Position numbers and translations under genes: made by a program. Positions 9,555 to 19,190 of a stretch of DNA of 64,000 nt are shown here, piece by piece. The notes under the pieces are model-generated. The model was not told where the DNA came from. It saw only the letters and a list, made by a program, of their open reading frames with translations, and searched no databases. This DNA comes from Pelovirga sp. (lineage in GTDB: Bacteria > Desulfobacterota > Desulfuromonadia > Desulfuromonadales > Geopsychrobacteraceae). How positions within the stretch are numbered: the stretch's first letter is position 1; the number at the start of each line of letters is the position of its first letter. Location: the NCBI GenBank assembly GCA_046482365.1, contig JAWOFG010000182.1:49878-113877 (forward strand). The letters are read 5' to 3'.

Positions 9555-10118
9555 ATGTCGAAAGGATTTATTGTTGTATTAGTAATTTTTTGTGCTCTGG
9601 TTTCATCCGCTCATGCCTTCGATGAGGAACTGGGCCAGATTGCCGGCATCAGCCGTACCTGCGCCGGTTGCCACGGCACTGATGGCGCTTCACCCGGGGC
9701 GATGATTCCTATCATTGGTGGCCAGATGGAGGGTTATCTGGCCGTGACGATGGAAGAGTTCGCTACAGATCAGCGCCCCGGCAGTGCCATGCTTAAATTT
9801 GCCAAAGGGTACTCGGCCGAGCAGCGGCGTGGCATCTCTGCCTATTTCGCTGCCAAGCCCTGGGTAAACAGCCCTTGGGCGGCACCTTCTTCTGCCCAGA
9901 ATCCGGATCTGGTTCGTGCCTGCACCGGTTGCCATGGCAGCAGTGGGGAGGGGCGCAATAATACCCCCCGTCTGGCCGGGCAGGCTCCTGAGTATCTTAA
10001 ACATGCTCTGCTTGAATATCAGCGTGGCGAGCGACCCGCTGCTACCATGCGTCTGATGCGGGCCTTTGATGAGGCAACTATCAAGCTGATGGCTGATCAC
10101 TTTTCCTCTTTAAAATAA
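9555..10118 (+). CDS. fccA: Diheme c-type cytochrome, flavocytochrome c sulfide dehydrogenase cytochrome subunit-like
   Basis: Has a signal peptide and two CxxCH haem motifs (CAGCHG, CTGCHG). It lies directly upstream of an FccB-like flavoprotein. Confidence 0.8.
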   Translation: MSKGFIVVLVIFCALVSSAHAFDEELGQIAGISRTCAGCHGTDGASPGAMIPIIGGQMEGYLAVTMEEFATDQRPGSAMLKFAKGYSAEQRRGISAYFAAKPWVNSPWAAPSSAQNPDLVRACTGCHGSSGEGRNNTPRLAGQAPEYLKHALLEYQRGERPAATMRLMRAFDEATIKLMADHFSSLK

Positions 10119-10128
10119 GGAGTAGAGC

Positions 10129-11397
10129 ATGAAACGTCGAGATTTCATCCGTTACACTGCGGTTGGCCTGGGGGCCTTATCCTTCGCTCCCACTATGTCC
10201 CTGGCTTCCTCCGGCGGTCGCAAACGGGTGGTCGTTGTTGGTGGGGGGTTCGGCGGGATGACGGCCGCCCGCTATCTCAAACGATTGAATCCAGCCCTTG
10301 AGGTGGTGTTGATTGAACGTAATGAAAAGTTCATTTCCTGTCCGATCAGCAACTGGGTCATGGTTGGCAAGTGGCCGATGTCAGACATCAGTTTTTCTTA
10401 TGAAAGTCTAGCCGGGCAGGGGATCAAGATTGTTCATGACGAAGTCACAGGTCTTGATGCGACTGCCGGCTACGTTCAGGGAAAGGCGGGAAAATATGTT
10501 TATGACCGGCTGGTTGTATCACCCGGGATCGATTTTCGTGACGAGTTGATTGAAGGCTACGATCAGCGCGCCAAGGATGCTTTTCCTCATGCCTGGCATG
10601 CCGGTCCGCAAACGCTGCAGCTGCAACAGGAACTTGCCGCCCTGCCTGCTGGTGGTACGGTGATGATGACGGTGCCGGCCAGTCCTTATCGCTGCCCCCC
10701 CGGCCCCTATGAGCGTGCCAGTCTGATCGCTGATTATCTGAAATTAAACAAGCCGGGGTCACGTTTGATCGTGGTTGACCCGCATCCACAAATTGCTTCG
10801 AAAGCTGCGTTGTTTCAGTCGGCCTGGGATGATTACTATCAGGATGTGATCGATTATCGTACCGAGCAGACAATCGTAGGAGTAGATATTGATAAGAAGA
10901 GTATCGTGACTCCGTCTGGTGACATTAGTGCTGATGTGATCAACCTGATTCCCAATCAGAAAGCCGGCGCCCTGGCTTTTGCTCTCGGGCTGGTCCCCGA
11001 GGATGAGTTGTGGGCACCGGTTAACCCCCGGACCCTCGAATCCAAGAGGATTCCAGGTGTTTATGTGATTGGTGATGCGACCGATGCCCGCACCAGTGGT
11101 CCGATGCCGAAATCAGGTTATGTCGCCAATTCCATGGGCAAGGTGGTTGCGGCTGCGATTGTTGCAGAGCTTGCCGGCAAGACAGCGCCGATTCCCTGGT
11201 TTGCCAACACCTGCTACAGCATGGTCAGCATGTCTGAAGCGATCTACATCACCGGGGTTTATCAGTATGATGCAGCGTTGGACACAACCATTACCATCAA
11301 TGAAGGCACCAAGGTTTCGACCGGACGTTCTGCTCTGTACGGTCGCTATGCCGAGGACTGGGGCCCGGCTATCTGGTCTGACATGATGGGGACATGA
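10129..11397 (+). CDS. fccB: Flavocytochrome c sulfide dehydrogenase flavoprotein subunit-like (FAD pyridine nucleotide-disulfide oxidoreductase)
   Basis: Carries a Tat signal (MKRRDFIRYTAVGLGALS), the FAD-binding motif VVVVGGGFGG and the CPPGPYERA redox-cysteine region typical of FCSD flavoproteins. Confidence 0.85.
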   Translation: MKRRDFIRYTAVGLGALSFAPTMSLASSGGRKRVVVVGGGFGGMTAARYLKRLNPALEVVLIERNEKFISCPISNWVMVGKWPMSDISFSYESLAGQGIKIVHDEVTGLDATAGYVQGKAGKYVYDRLVVSPGIDFRDELIEGYDQRAKDAFPHAWHAGPQTLQLQQELAALPAGGTVMMTVPASPYRCPPGPYERASLIADYLKLNKPGSRLIVVDPHPQIASKAALFQSAWDDYYQDVIDYRTEQTIVGVDIDKKSIVTPSGDISADVINLIPNQKAGALAFALGLVPEDELWAPVNPRTLESKRIPGVYVIGDATDARTSGPMPKSGYVANSMGKVVAAAIVAELAGKTAPIPWFANTCYSMVSMSEAIYITGVYQYDAALDTTITINEGTKVSTGRSALYGRYAEDWGPAIWSDMMGT

Positions 11398-11486
11398 GTC
11401 AACCTGTTTCGATTAGCCCGGCGTTTTTTGCTGAATTATATTTGACATATGATGGCTTTAAGTTATAGTTGATTAACTCTAAATAA

Positions 11487-11566
11487 GCTTCCGATAAGAG
11501 CAAACCCGGGGCGATCCGGGGACGCAAAGCCACGGGTCCCACGCGGACAGCCGGGTTGCCGAAGAG
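11487..11566 (+). promoter_or_regulatory. GEMM-I class cyclic-dinucleotide riboswitch aptamer (A at the Vc2 G20-equivalent position)
   Basis: The sequence AAGAGCAAACCCGGG-GCGA-UCCGGGGACGCAAAGCCACGGGUCC...GGACAGCCGGGUUGCCGAAG contains the GCAAAC element, a P2 helix capped by a GNRA tetraloop, the invariant GGGACGCAAAGCC core and the AGC-GGGUU-CC 3-prime element of c-di-GMP-I riboswitches. Confidence 0.8.
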
Positions 11567-11575
11567 TCAGTTGTC

Positions 11576-11610
11576 AGGCCCACTTCGGTATGAAGCTGGG
11601 CCTTTTTTTG
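11576..11610 (+). terminator. Intrinsic terminator (riboswitch expression platform)
   Basis: AGGCCCA-CTT / AAG-C-TGGGCCT hairpin followed by TTTTTTTG, located between the aptamer and the downstream GGDEF gene. Confidence 0.75.
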
Positions 11611-11673
11611 TCAGTCAGGTGGCTTTTGTTGCTTTAGGGCGAAGTGACCAACGATGATTGGGAGCGGACAGCA

Positions 11674-13383
11674 ATGGGCACAGCTCAGGATGACAGGTTC
11701 CAGCGCCGGATCAGACTGCAGAAGCTTCGTTGCCGTGCCCTGGAGTTCTGGTCAGGTGTTGGTTTACGTCCCCGCCTCATTGGTGCTTTTTTGCTGGTTT
11801 CCTTGATCCCTTTAGTGATCCTCTTTTTTGCCCAGTATCAAATTTCCAAACGTAACGTTCTTGACCAGATCGAATCAAACCTGATGCAAATTGCCGAGGG
11901 GCAACACCGGCGTATCGATATGGAGTTGCAGCGGCTTTTCGAACAACTGGAACTGGTAAGCAGTCGAACCCAGCTGCGTATCAGTTTAAAGGCTTATAAC
12001 CGGACTGGAGAGCATCACCACCTGGAGCTTTTGAACAGGATCATGGGCGACGCCCTTGCGTCAATGGAGCATTTTGTCGGTATCTGGATTCGTAATCCTG
12101 ATGATGATCTGGTGACGGGAGTTTTTAATGAGGATCCGGAGGCTCTCTGTTCTCTGACTCCTCCAGTTCAATCAGCAGAGTCGAAGCAACTGCAGCTGCA
12201 CTGGTTAGCCGAAGATAGCCCCTGTGTCTGGGTGAATGGACCCCTTTATCTTGAAGATCAAAACCTCGGCACTATTTATCTGCTGGTAACCATGACCGAC
12301 ATCGTTGCCGTGCTCGAAGATTTCCGTTGTGAACAATCCGGAATGGAAAATGTTTTGTTGCTGCCTGCTGATAATCAAGACATAAAAATTCTGGGGACCC
12401 TGTGTCCGGTCCAAGGGAAAGCTAATCAGGCTTTTTATCGTTTGTTAGAGTCGTCTGATTTCTATAGTACCTTGATTGCCGGTGGGGAAAATAGGTCACC
12501 CGTTTACCACCATGGCCACATCGCAGTAGTTCGACAACTCAGTTATGGCTTCGGTGATGTTCTGGTTCATGCCCATCCCGCTTCGTTGGATGGTGTTTTC
12601 TGGGGCCAGATGCGCTATCTGTTGGGGATGACCTTGTTCGCTCTGGTTTTGGTCATTGCGATGGCCCTTGCCTTGACGCGCATGATCGCCCGTCCACTAC
12701 GGGAACTGACCAGAGCGACTTCGATATTGCATGTTGGTCAGACTGACGTTCATATCAAAGAGCAGTTCTGGGGTGAATTTGCTGAACTGACACAGTCGTT
12801 CAACCGTGCCATGCGGGCGCTTTCGCGCCGCACTCGCGAGTTGAATCGGGAGGTTGAAGCGCGCCGGCGATCGCAGGAAAAACTGGTTGATCTGGCCAAT
12901 ACCGATACCCTGACCGGTTTGATTAATCGCCGGTATTTTATGGAAAAATTTCGTGAGGTGCTCAGCTTGCCATTCAGGGATCGCCAACCTGCAGCGCTTT
13001 TGTATATTGATCTGGACGATTTCAAACCCATCAATGACAGCATGGGACACGAAGCGGGCGACCTGGTGCTGCAGGTGGTGGCCGGAAGGATTCGTCACTT
13101 GTTGCGCGAAGGGGATCTCGCCGCGCGTATGGGTGGTGATGAGTTTGTGTTGTTGTTGATGGCGGATGGTTTGCATCCCCTCGATCCGGAGGTGATTGTG
13201 AAGCGGGTAGAAGAGCAACTAACCATGCCGATGACGATCAAGAATCAGGTCATTAGCGTCGGCTGCAGCATCGGTACTGTCAGGCTCTCACCCGGAGATG
13301 ATCCCCATGTGGTGCTCAACCGGGCAGATCAGGAAATGTACCGGGTCAAGCGCTCACACCGTATCAACAAGACTGAAAATTGA
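11674..13383 (+). CDS. Membrane sensor diguanylate cyclase (periplasmic sensor domain - HAMP - GGDEF)
   Basis: Two TM segments flank a sensor region of about 280 aa, followed by a HAMP linker and a GGDEF domain (FKPINDSMGHEAGD, RMGGDEFVLLL, RxxD I-site REGD). The start is ambiguous between GTG 11644 and ATG 11674; the latter follows GGGAG. Confidence 0.9.
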   Translation: MGTAQDDRFQRRIRLQKLRCRALEFWSGVGLRPRLIGAFLLVSLIPLVILFFAQYQISKRNVLDQIESNLMQIAEGQHRRIDMELQRLFEQLELVSSRTQLRISLKAYNRTGEHHHLELLNRIMGDALASMEHFVGIWIRNPDDDLVTGVFNEDPEALCSLTPPVQSAESKQLQLHWLAEDSPCVWVNGPLYLEDQNLGTIYLLVTMTDIVAVLEDFRCEQSGMENVLLLPADNQDIKILGTLCPVQGKANQAFYRLLESSDFYSTLIAGGENRSPVYHHGHIAVVRQLSYGFGDVLVHAHPASLDGVFWGQMRYLLGMTLFALVLVIAMALALTRMIARPLRELTRATSILHVGQTDVHIKEQFWGEFAELTQSFNRAMRALSRRTRELNREVEARRRSQEKLVDLANTDTLTGLINRRYFMEKFREVLSLPFRDRQPAALLYIDLDDFKPINDSMGHEAGDLVLQVVAGRIRHLLREGDLAARMGGDEFVLLLMADGLHPLDPEVIVKRVEEQLTMPMTIKNQVISVGCSIGTVRLSPGDDPHVVLNRADQEMYRVKRSHRINKTEN

Positions 13384-13612
13384 TTGATGATCCCAGATGG
13401 ATTCTTGAGTTCAGCAAAATTTCACCAGCCGGCAGTTGTACTAGATCTTGCCGTGCAATTCCTTTACCCGCTCTTTACAATTCTTAACGTGCTATTTGGC
13501 GTAACTTTGTTACATTTTTAACGTGACTTTTAGAGTGTCGCAGTATTGATACCTGAGTTTTGATACGGTGGCAATGTTGCCATGAAATGTTATCGTGCCG
13601 GGGTGAAGTCAA

Positions 13613-14977
13613 ATGCACAAACTGATCATCTTTTTGCAGTTCATCCTGGTTGTCTCGACAACAGGGCAGCATGTTTGGGCTTTTGACCTGGACTCCAACC
13701 AACTTGCAACAAGTCCGGAAACGAGCTGGCCGTCATCGCCTTTAACTCTTGAACAGACCATTGCCCGGGCGCTGGCTCAAAATCCCGAAATTGCAGCTAA
13801 AGGCTGGGAGGCAGAGGCCGCGCAGGCCAGGATCAGCGCTGCCAGTGGCGCCCGTCGGCCGCGCCTGGCTTTGAGCGGCAATTATATGCATCATCTTGAT
13901 GAGCAGCGTTTGATCCCGGCCGCCAGTGACGGTAGTCCCGGCCTGTTCGGGCGCGATATTTTTATGGCCGATGTCGTTGTTACCCTCCCCCTGTACGCTG
14001 GTGGTCGGCTGAACCATCAGATCGCCGCCAGTGAACTGCTTCATGAGGCCGCCCTCAAGCGCCTGGCTCGCAGTCGTGATGAGTTGATTTTTAATGTCAC
14101 CAGCCTTTACACCCATATCCTGGCCCAACACCAACTGATTGTCTCCCTTGAGTTTTCTGCTACGACCCTGGCTCGTCACGTGGAACGGGTAGATCGCCTG
14201 ATCAAGGCGGGCAAGGCCGCCCGGGTTGAGCGTTTGCGGACCCAGGTGCGGCTTGCCGATATTCAACAATTACTGGTGCGCGAGCGTAATCTGCTGTATT
14301 TACAGCAACGTGCCCTGGCAGGCTTGCTGGGGATTCGTGGCGGGGGTGATCATCCGCTGGTTGCCGGCGAACTGGAAAACGGCTTCACTGATCCTATCCC
14401 GGAGTTTTCTGAGGTGTTAAAGCGGGCACGAACGACACGTAGTGATTATCGTGCGGCGCTGCTGGCCCTCAATGCTCAGGAGCGTCAGTTGAATGTCGTT
14501 CGCGCCGGCCACCTGCCATCTTTATCCCTGCAGGGCAGTTACGGCAGTCGTTGGGCTGTCGGTTCCACCACCGGAAACGGCTCCGACCAGGCCGATGTCG
14601 GTCGTATCGGCTTGGTGCTGGAAATTCCGCTCTATAGCGGCGGTCAGGTCAGTGCCGGCGTGGCGGAACAGCGTGCACAGTTGGGGGCTGCCCGGGCGCG
14701 CCTGCACACCCTTGAACAACAGATTGGCCTTGAGGTGGAAACTGCAGTTCGCAATCTTGCGGCGGCGGCTGAGCGGGGTGGTGCGCTGCAGCAAACTCTG
14801 GAATTGGCCCATGAAAGTCTGCAGATAGAACAGCAGAAGTATGAACTGGGCAAGGGCGCTATTATCGATGTCCTTGATGCGCAGACGGAACTGCTGCAGG
14901 CAGAATCAAGTTACTATCGGGTGTTGGCAGATTATCATACGGCGCAGGCGCAATTGACTCTGGCGGTGGGTGAATAA
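13613..14977 (+). CDS. TolC-family outer membrane efflux protein
   Basis: A 454-aa protein with a signal peptide and the repeated OEP-domain heptad pattern. It is the first gene of the efflux operon. Confidence 0.9.
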   Translation: MHKLIIFLQFILVVSTTGQHVWAFDLDSNQLATSPETSWPSSPLTLEQTIARALAQNPEIAAKGWEAEAAQARISAASGARRPRLALSGNYMHHLDEQRLIPAASDGSPGLFGRDIFMADVVVTLPLYAGGRLNHQIAASELLHEAALKRLARSRDELIFNVTSLYTHILAQHQLIVSLEFSATTLARHVERVDRLIKAGKAARVERLRTQVRLADIQQLLVRERNLLYLQQRALAGLLGIRGGGDHPLVAGELENGFTDPIPEFSEVLKRARTTRSDYRAALLALNAQERQLNVVRAGHLPSLSLQGSYGSRWAVGSTTGNGSDQADVGRIGLVLEIPLYSGGQVSAGVAEQRAQLGAARARLHTLEQQIGLEVETAVRNLAAAAERGGALQQTLELAHESLQIEQQKYELGKGAIIDVLDAQTELLQAESSYYRVLADYHTAQAQLTLAVGE

Positions 14978-16068
14978 TGAAAAAGTGGATCGTCGCTACA
15001 GCTGTGGTGCTGGCCGCCATGGTTGCCATATTTGTCTGGTATCAACCCGCGGCAGAAGATGCCGATGTTGCACCGCCGGCGAAAACAGCCCCGGCACCAA
15101 TGGTTCAGGTGTTGCCGGTGCCGCTGAAAAGCTTTGCCGCCAGGCTGGAGCTGACCGGCAGCGTAGAACCGGCCGTCAGCGCTCAGCTGGCGCTGGCGGC
15201 CGAAGGGGTCGTCAAAAAGGTCCTGGTGCGTGAGGGGGATCGGGTGAGTACCGACGCCCTGCTCGCCACTATCGCTCGTAAAGGCGGGGTTACGGCGTTG
15301 ATTGATTCGTTAAGTCGTGAGCTTGCCCAGGAAGAGGACAACCTTGCGCGCTTGACCAAGCTGGTTGAGATCGGCGCCCTGCCGGCGGAACAACTGGAAC
15401 TGGCCGGCGTAGCGCGAGAAAAAATTCGGGTACAGCTGATTAATGCCCGTGAGGCAGCACGGGACTATGAACTGCGCGCACCCTGGTCGGGTATTGTCAG
15501 TCGGATTGAGGTAAAAGCGGGGGAGCTGGTCGCCCTGCGCACCCCTCTGGTTGAAATCTACGATCCCACCAGCCTGGTGATTCAAACCGCCGTTCCCGAG
15601 CGCTATGCCATGGCTATGACGATCGGTATGGCCACGGCGATCAAACTGGACGCCTATCCGGAGCAGATCTTCAGTGGCCGGATTGTGCAGGTGTTTCCTG
15701 AACTGGACGTGCGTCTACGTTCCCGCACTATCCGGATTGCCCTGGATCAGCCCCTTGCGTTGTTGCCGGGGATGTTTGCCCGTCTTGATATTATTCTGGA
15801 GTCGCTGGCGGATGTTCCCGGCGTTCCGGTGCAGGCCGTTCTGGCCAGTCCACAAGGCCCTGTCGTTTTTGTTGTTGAGGATGGCAAGGCGCTGCGCCGC
15901 AAGGTCGAGACGGGGATCGAGGATGACGGATTCATCCAGATCAAAAAAGGGGTCAAGGTTGGTGAAAGCCTGATTATCGCCGGTGCGGAAAAGCTCAAGG
16001 AGGGTGCTGCGGTGACGGTGCGCGCCGCAGGTAGCGGCCAGGCGCCAACGAAAGGCGCGCAAGAATGA
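14977..16068 (+). CDS. Efflux RND transporter periplasmic adaptor (MFP/HlyD family)
   Basis: Its start overlaps the TolC stop (TAATG). It has an N-terminal anchor, a coiled-coil hairpin and barrel-sandwich motifs. Confidence 0.9.
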   Translation: MKKWIVATAVVLAAMVAIFVWYQPAAEDADVAPPAKTAPAPMVQVLPVPLKSFAARLELTGSVEPAVSAQLALAAEGVVKKVLVREGDRVSTDALLATIARKGGVTALIDSLSRELAQEEDNLARLTKLVEIGALPAEQLELAGVAREKIRVQLINAREAARDYELRAPWSGIVSRIEVKAGELVALRTPLVEIYDPTSLVIQTAVPERYAMAMTIGMATAIKLDAYPEQIFSGRIVQVFPELDVRLRSRTIRIALDQPLALLPGMFARLDIILESLADVPGVPVQAVLASPQGPVVFVVEDGKALRRKVETGIEDDGFIQIKKGVKVGESLIIAGAEKLKEGAAVTVRAAGSGQAPTKGAQE

Positions 16069-19000
16069 ACCTGACCCGTTACGCTATTTATCGGCGGCTC
16101 GCCTGTGGTGCCATTGCTGCCTTGCTGGTGGTTCTGGGTTTGTATGCCCTGTCTTTGCTGCCGATGAACTATCTGCCTTCTATCACCTATCCCTTGATCA
16201 AGGTCGAGATTCGCTGGGATGGGGCGGCACCCACCGAGATCGAAAAAAATATCGCCCAGCCGGTTGAACGGGTGATTGCCACCGTGGATCGTCTTGAGCG
16301 GATGGAGTCCTCCTCCTTCGAGGGGCGCTACAGCCTTGACCTCCATTTCAAGTACGGTGCCGATGTCGATGTCGCTTTTCAGGATGTGACTGCGGCGCTG
16401 GCGCGGGTACGTAATCTTCCGGCGACGGTGGCACCGCCTTATGCGTTCAAGGCTGATCCGACCCAGATACCGGTGATGCAGCTGGCCATTTCGTCGGATC
16501 GCTGGGATCCCGTCACCCTGCGTGACTGGTCAGAAAACTGGTTTCTTGATCGGCTGATGGCGGTGCCTGGTGTCGCCGGAACCGATATTGTCGGGGGCCT
16601 GGTGCGCGAGGTTCAGATTTTACTGGATCAAGCGGCCATTGAAAAGCATCAGCTGGTACTTGATGACATCGTTGCCAAGGTTGCGGCCGAAAATATTGAG
16701 CTGACCGGCGGGCGGATCACGGTGGGGCCGAAAGAGATCATTGCCCGGACCATGGGCGAGGTAACCGGGATTGAGGAATTGGGACGCATTGTTGTTGCCG
16801 GTGATGGGCATCAGAGCGTTCTGCTGGCCGATGTGGCAACCATCGTTGATGATTATGCCGATAAGCGCGTCAGTGCCCGATTTAACGGCCGCGAAGCGGT
16901 ACGGATCTCGGTGCTCAAATCAGCCGAAGCCAATATTGTCGAGGTGGCTGATGCGGTCAATCGACAACTGGAGTTATTACGTCCCGTGCTGCCTGAGGGG
17001 ATTGAGCTGGGCTACGTTGAAGACCAGTCAGTTTATGTGCGTCAGGCCCTGACCGGGGTCAGCAGCGCGGCTATTGCGGCAGCAGTTCTGTTGATCATCG
17101 TTATCTACCTGTTTCTCGGCAGTCTGCGTCAGGTTGCCGTCATGTTGATTGCATTGCCTTTGACCCTGATCATCAATTTTGCCCTGATGAAGGTCGCCGG
17201 CTTCAGCCTCAATATTTTTTCCCTCGGCGGCCTGGTGGTGGCCATTGGTGTGGTGCTTGATAATTCCGTTGTTGTGCTGGAAAATATTACCCGTCTGCAT
17301 CGCGCTGCCCCAGGGGACGATATCCGTGCCACCAGCCTGACGGCCACGACGGAAGTCAGCCCGGCACTGATTGCTGCAACCCTGTCGTTTCTTGCCTTGT
17401 TTGTCCCGTTTCTCCTGGTGCCGGGGCTGACCAGCCTGTTGTTTCGCGAGTTGATTCTGGTGATTGCCGGTATCGTTGTGGTCAGCCTGCTGGTCGCTCT
17501 GACCATGACGCCGTTGCTCGCGACCCTCTTTATCCACAGCAGCCAGACACCGATCTCGGATAGCCTGTTTGAGCGGTTTTTTAACCGGGTCGCCGATGGT
17601 TACGCCTTTATCCTCGATTGGGCTGTCCGCTGGCGACTGCTGGTTATCGCTCTGTTTGTCGTTATTCTTGCAGGGGCGGTGTTGCTTTCCGGTCGACTCG
17701 GCGGTGAGTTTCTGCCCTTGATTGACGATGGTCAGGTAATGATCCGGCTTGATATGCCAACCGGGGCAGCGGTAGCACAAACGGATCGTACTTTGCAACG
17801 CATTGAAGAGCGTCTGGCGGAGGATCCGCTGATCGCGACCATCTTCACTTTTTCCGGTGGTCAGGTCATGGGAATGACAACCCGTGAAGTTGCCCACCGT
17901 GGAGAAATCTATATTCAGCTGATTCCCCGGAGCCGGCGCGATATTACGACCGGGGAATATGCCGCCGATTTACGCCGCCGCCTGAACAGTCTGCAGCCTC
18001 CCGGAGGGCGGGCAATAGCGCGCCAGGTACCAATCCGTGGAATTCCCGGCATTCGCTCTGCTGATGTCATTGTCAAGGTGCGGGGACCGGACCTGAACCG
18101 CCTGGCGGAGTTGACCGGCACGACCACGCGTCTGGTTGCTGCGGTTGAAGGTTTTGGCAATGTGCGCGGCGGTGTCGATCTGACCAAGCCGGAATTCCAG
18201 GTTCATATTGACCGCGCCAAGGCCGCTACCCTCGGGATGTCGGTGGCCGATGTCAGTCGCTCATTACGAACCCTGATTACCGGTGCCGTACCCAGTCGTT
18301 TGCGCGACGGGGAGCAGTATTACGATATCCGGGTGTTGTTGCCTCGGGACCAGCTGGCCGGGCGCCAGGATCTGGAAAATCTGCTGATCAGTTCCCGTGC
18401 CGGGGGGGCCATCCGCCTGCGGGATATTGCGACAGTTGATCTGCAGAGTGGGCCCCTGGAGGTTTTGCGTGAAGATCAGCTCAAGCAGATCACCGTTGAA
18501 GCTGATATTGCTGACAGCGATCTGGCCGGAGCGGTAAAGAGGCTCGAGGTGGCGCTAGGTGAGGCAGAGTTGCCACCCGGCTACTCCTATGATCTTGGCG
18601 GCAGCGCCGAGATGATGCTCGATATGAAACGGGCGGTGGTAGCGGTGCTGGTTTTTTCCCTGTTCTTTTCCTTTATTGTTCTGACGGTTCAGTTCAACAG
18701 CTTTAAACTGCCCCTGGTGATTCTGGCCAGTGTGCCGGTGTGTTTTGCCGGCGTCGTTTTGCTGATGTATCAACTGGCGCTGCCCCTTGGGGCAACAGTG
18801 ATTATCGGGATTCTGGTGGTGGTCGCGGCTACGGTTAATGATGGGGTCCTGCTGCTGACCTACGCTGGTGATATTGGCCAGCAAGAGCAGTTGCCGCCAC
18901 GAGCGGCGGTGGTCAAGGCGGCGCGGATCCGGTTCCGGCCACGCGTGATGACCACCGTTACCACCATCACCGGATTTGTCCCGCTGGCCCTGAACCTGAG

Positions 19001-19118
19001 TGACGGGGGGGATATGCTTCAACCGATGGCGGTTGCTGCTATTGGGGGATTGGGGATGGAGATGCTGGTAGCACTGTTCCTCATGCCCTGTCTGTATGTG
19101 ATGACAGCTAAACAGTAA
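16065..19118 (+). CDS. Efflux RND transporter permease subunit (AcrB/CzcA superfamily)
   Basis: A 1017-aa, 12-TM protein with RND architecture and two large periplasmic loops. It overlaps the adaptor gene by 4 nt. Confidence 0.95.
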   Translation: MNLTRYAIYRRLACGAIAALLVVLGLYALSLLPMNYLPSITYPLIKVEIRWDGAAPTEIEKNIAQPVERVIATVDRLERMESSSFEGRYSLDLHFKYGADVDVAFQDVTAALARVRNLPATVAPPYAFKADPTQIPVMQLAISSDRWDPVTLRDWSENWFLDRLMAVPGVAGTDIVGGLVREVQILLDQAAIEKHQLVLDDIVAKVAAENIELTGGRITVGPKEIIARTMGEVTGIEELGRIVVAGDGHQSVLLADVATIVDDYADKRVSARFNGREAVRISVLKSAEANIVEVADAVNRQLELLRPVLPEGIELGYVEDQSVYVRQALTGVSSAAIAAAVLLIIVIYLFLGSLRQVAVMLIALPLTLIINFALMKVAGFSLNIFSLGGLVVAIGVVLDNSVVVLENITRLHRAAPGDDIRATSLTATTEVSPALIAATLSFLALFVPFLLVPGLTSLLFRELILVIAGIVVVSLLVALTMTPLLATLFIHSSQTPISDSLFERFFNRVADGYAFILDWAVRWRLLVIALFVVILAGAVLLSGRLGGEFLPLIDDGQVMIRLDMPTGAAVAQTDRTLQRIEERLAEDPLIATIFTFSGGQVMGMTTREVAHRGEIYIQLIPRSRRDITTGEYAADLRRRLNSLQPPGGRAIARQVPIRGIPGIRSADVIVKVRGPDLNRLAELTGTTTRLVAAVEGFGNVRGGVDLTKPEFQVHIDRAKAATLGMSVADVSRSLRTLITGAVPSRLRDGEQYYDIRVLLPRDQLAGRQDLENLLISSRAGGAIRLRDIATVDLQSGPLEVLREDQLKQITVEADIADSDLAGAVKRLEVALGEAELPPGYSYDLGGSAEMMLDMKRAVVAVLVFSLFFSFIVLTVQFNSFKLPLVILASVPVCFAGVVLLMYQLALPLGATVIIGILVVVAATVNDGVLLLTYAGDIGQQEQLPPRAAVVKAARIRFRPRVMTTVTTITGFVPLALNLSDGGDMLQPMAVAAIGGLGMEMLVALFLMPCLYVMTAKQ

Positions 19119-19190
19119 CCCGTTACCATCATTGACTATTCCACTATGACCTTGCGCAGGATAAGGGCTCCTGTGACTGATACCCATCAT

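Noticed and set aside
13569-13582. TGGCAATGTTGCCA considered as a sigma-54 (-24/-12) promoter
   Set aside because: The GG and GC dinucleotides are 7 nt apart instead of the required 10 nt. It is kept only as a palindrome in the efflux-operon leader.
15747-16346. 199-aa minus-strand ORF spanning the MFP / RND junction
   Set aside because: It is antisense to two overlapping, well-supported efflux genes and is P/G/R-rich and low-complexity.
17028-17897. 289-aa minus-strand ORF inside the RND permease gene
   Set aside because: It is antisense to a 1017-aa gene with clear RND character. Its translation is low-complexity (Q/G/H/N/D-rich) with no recognisable motif, so it is a shadow ORF of a GC-rich gene.
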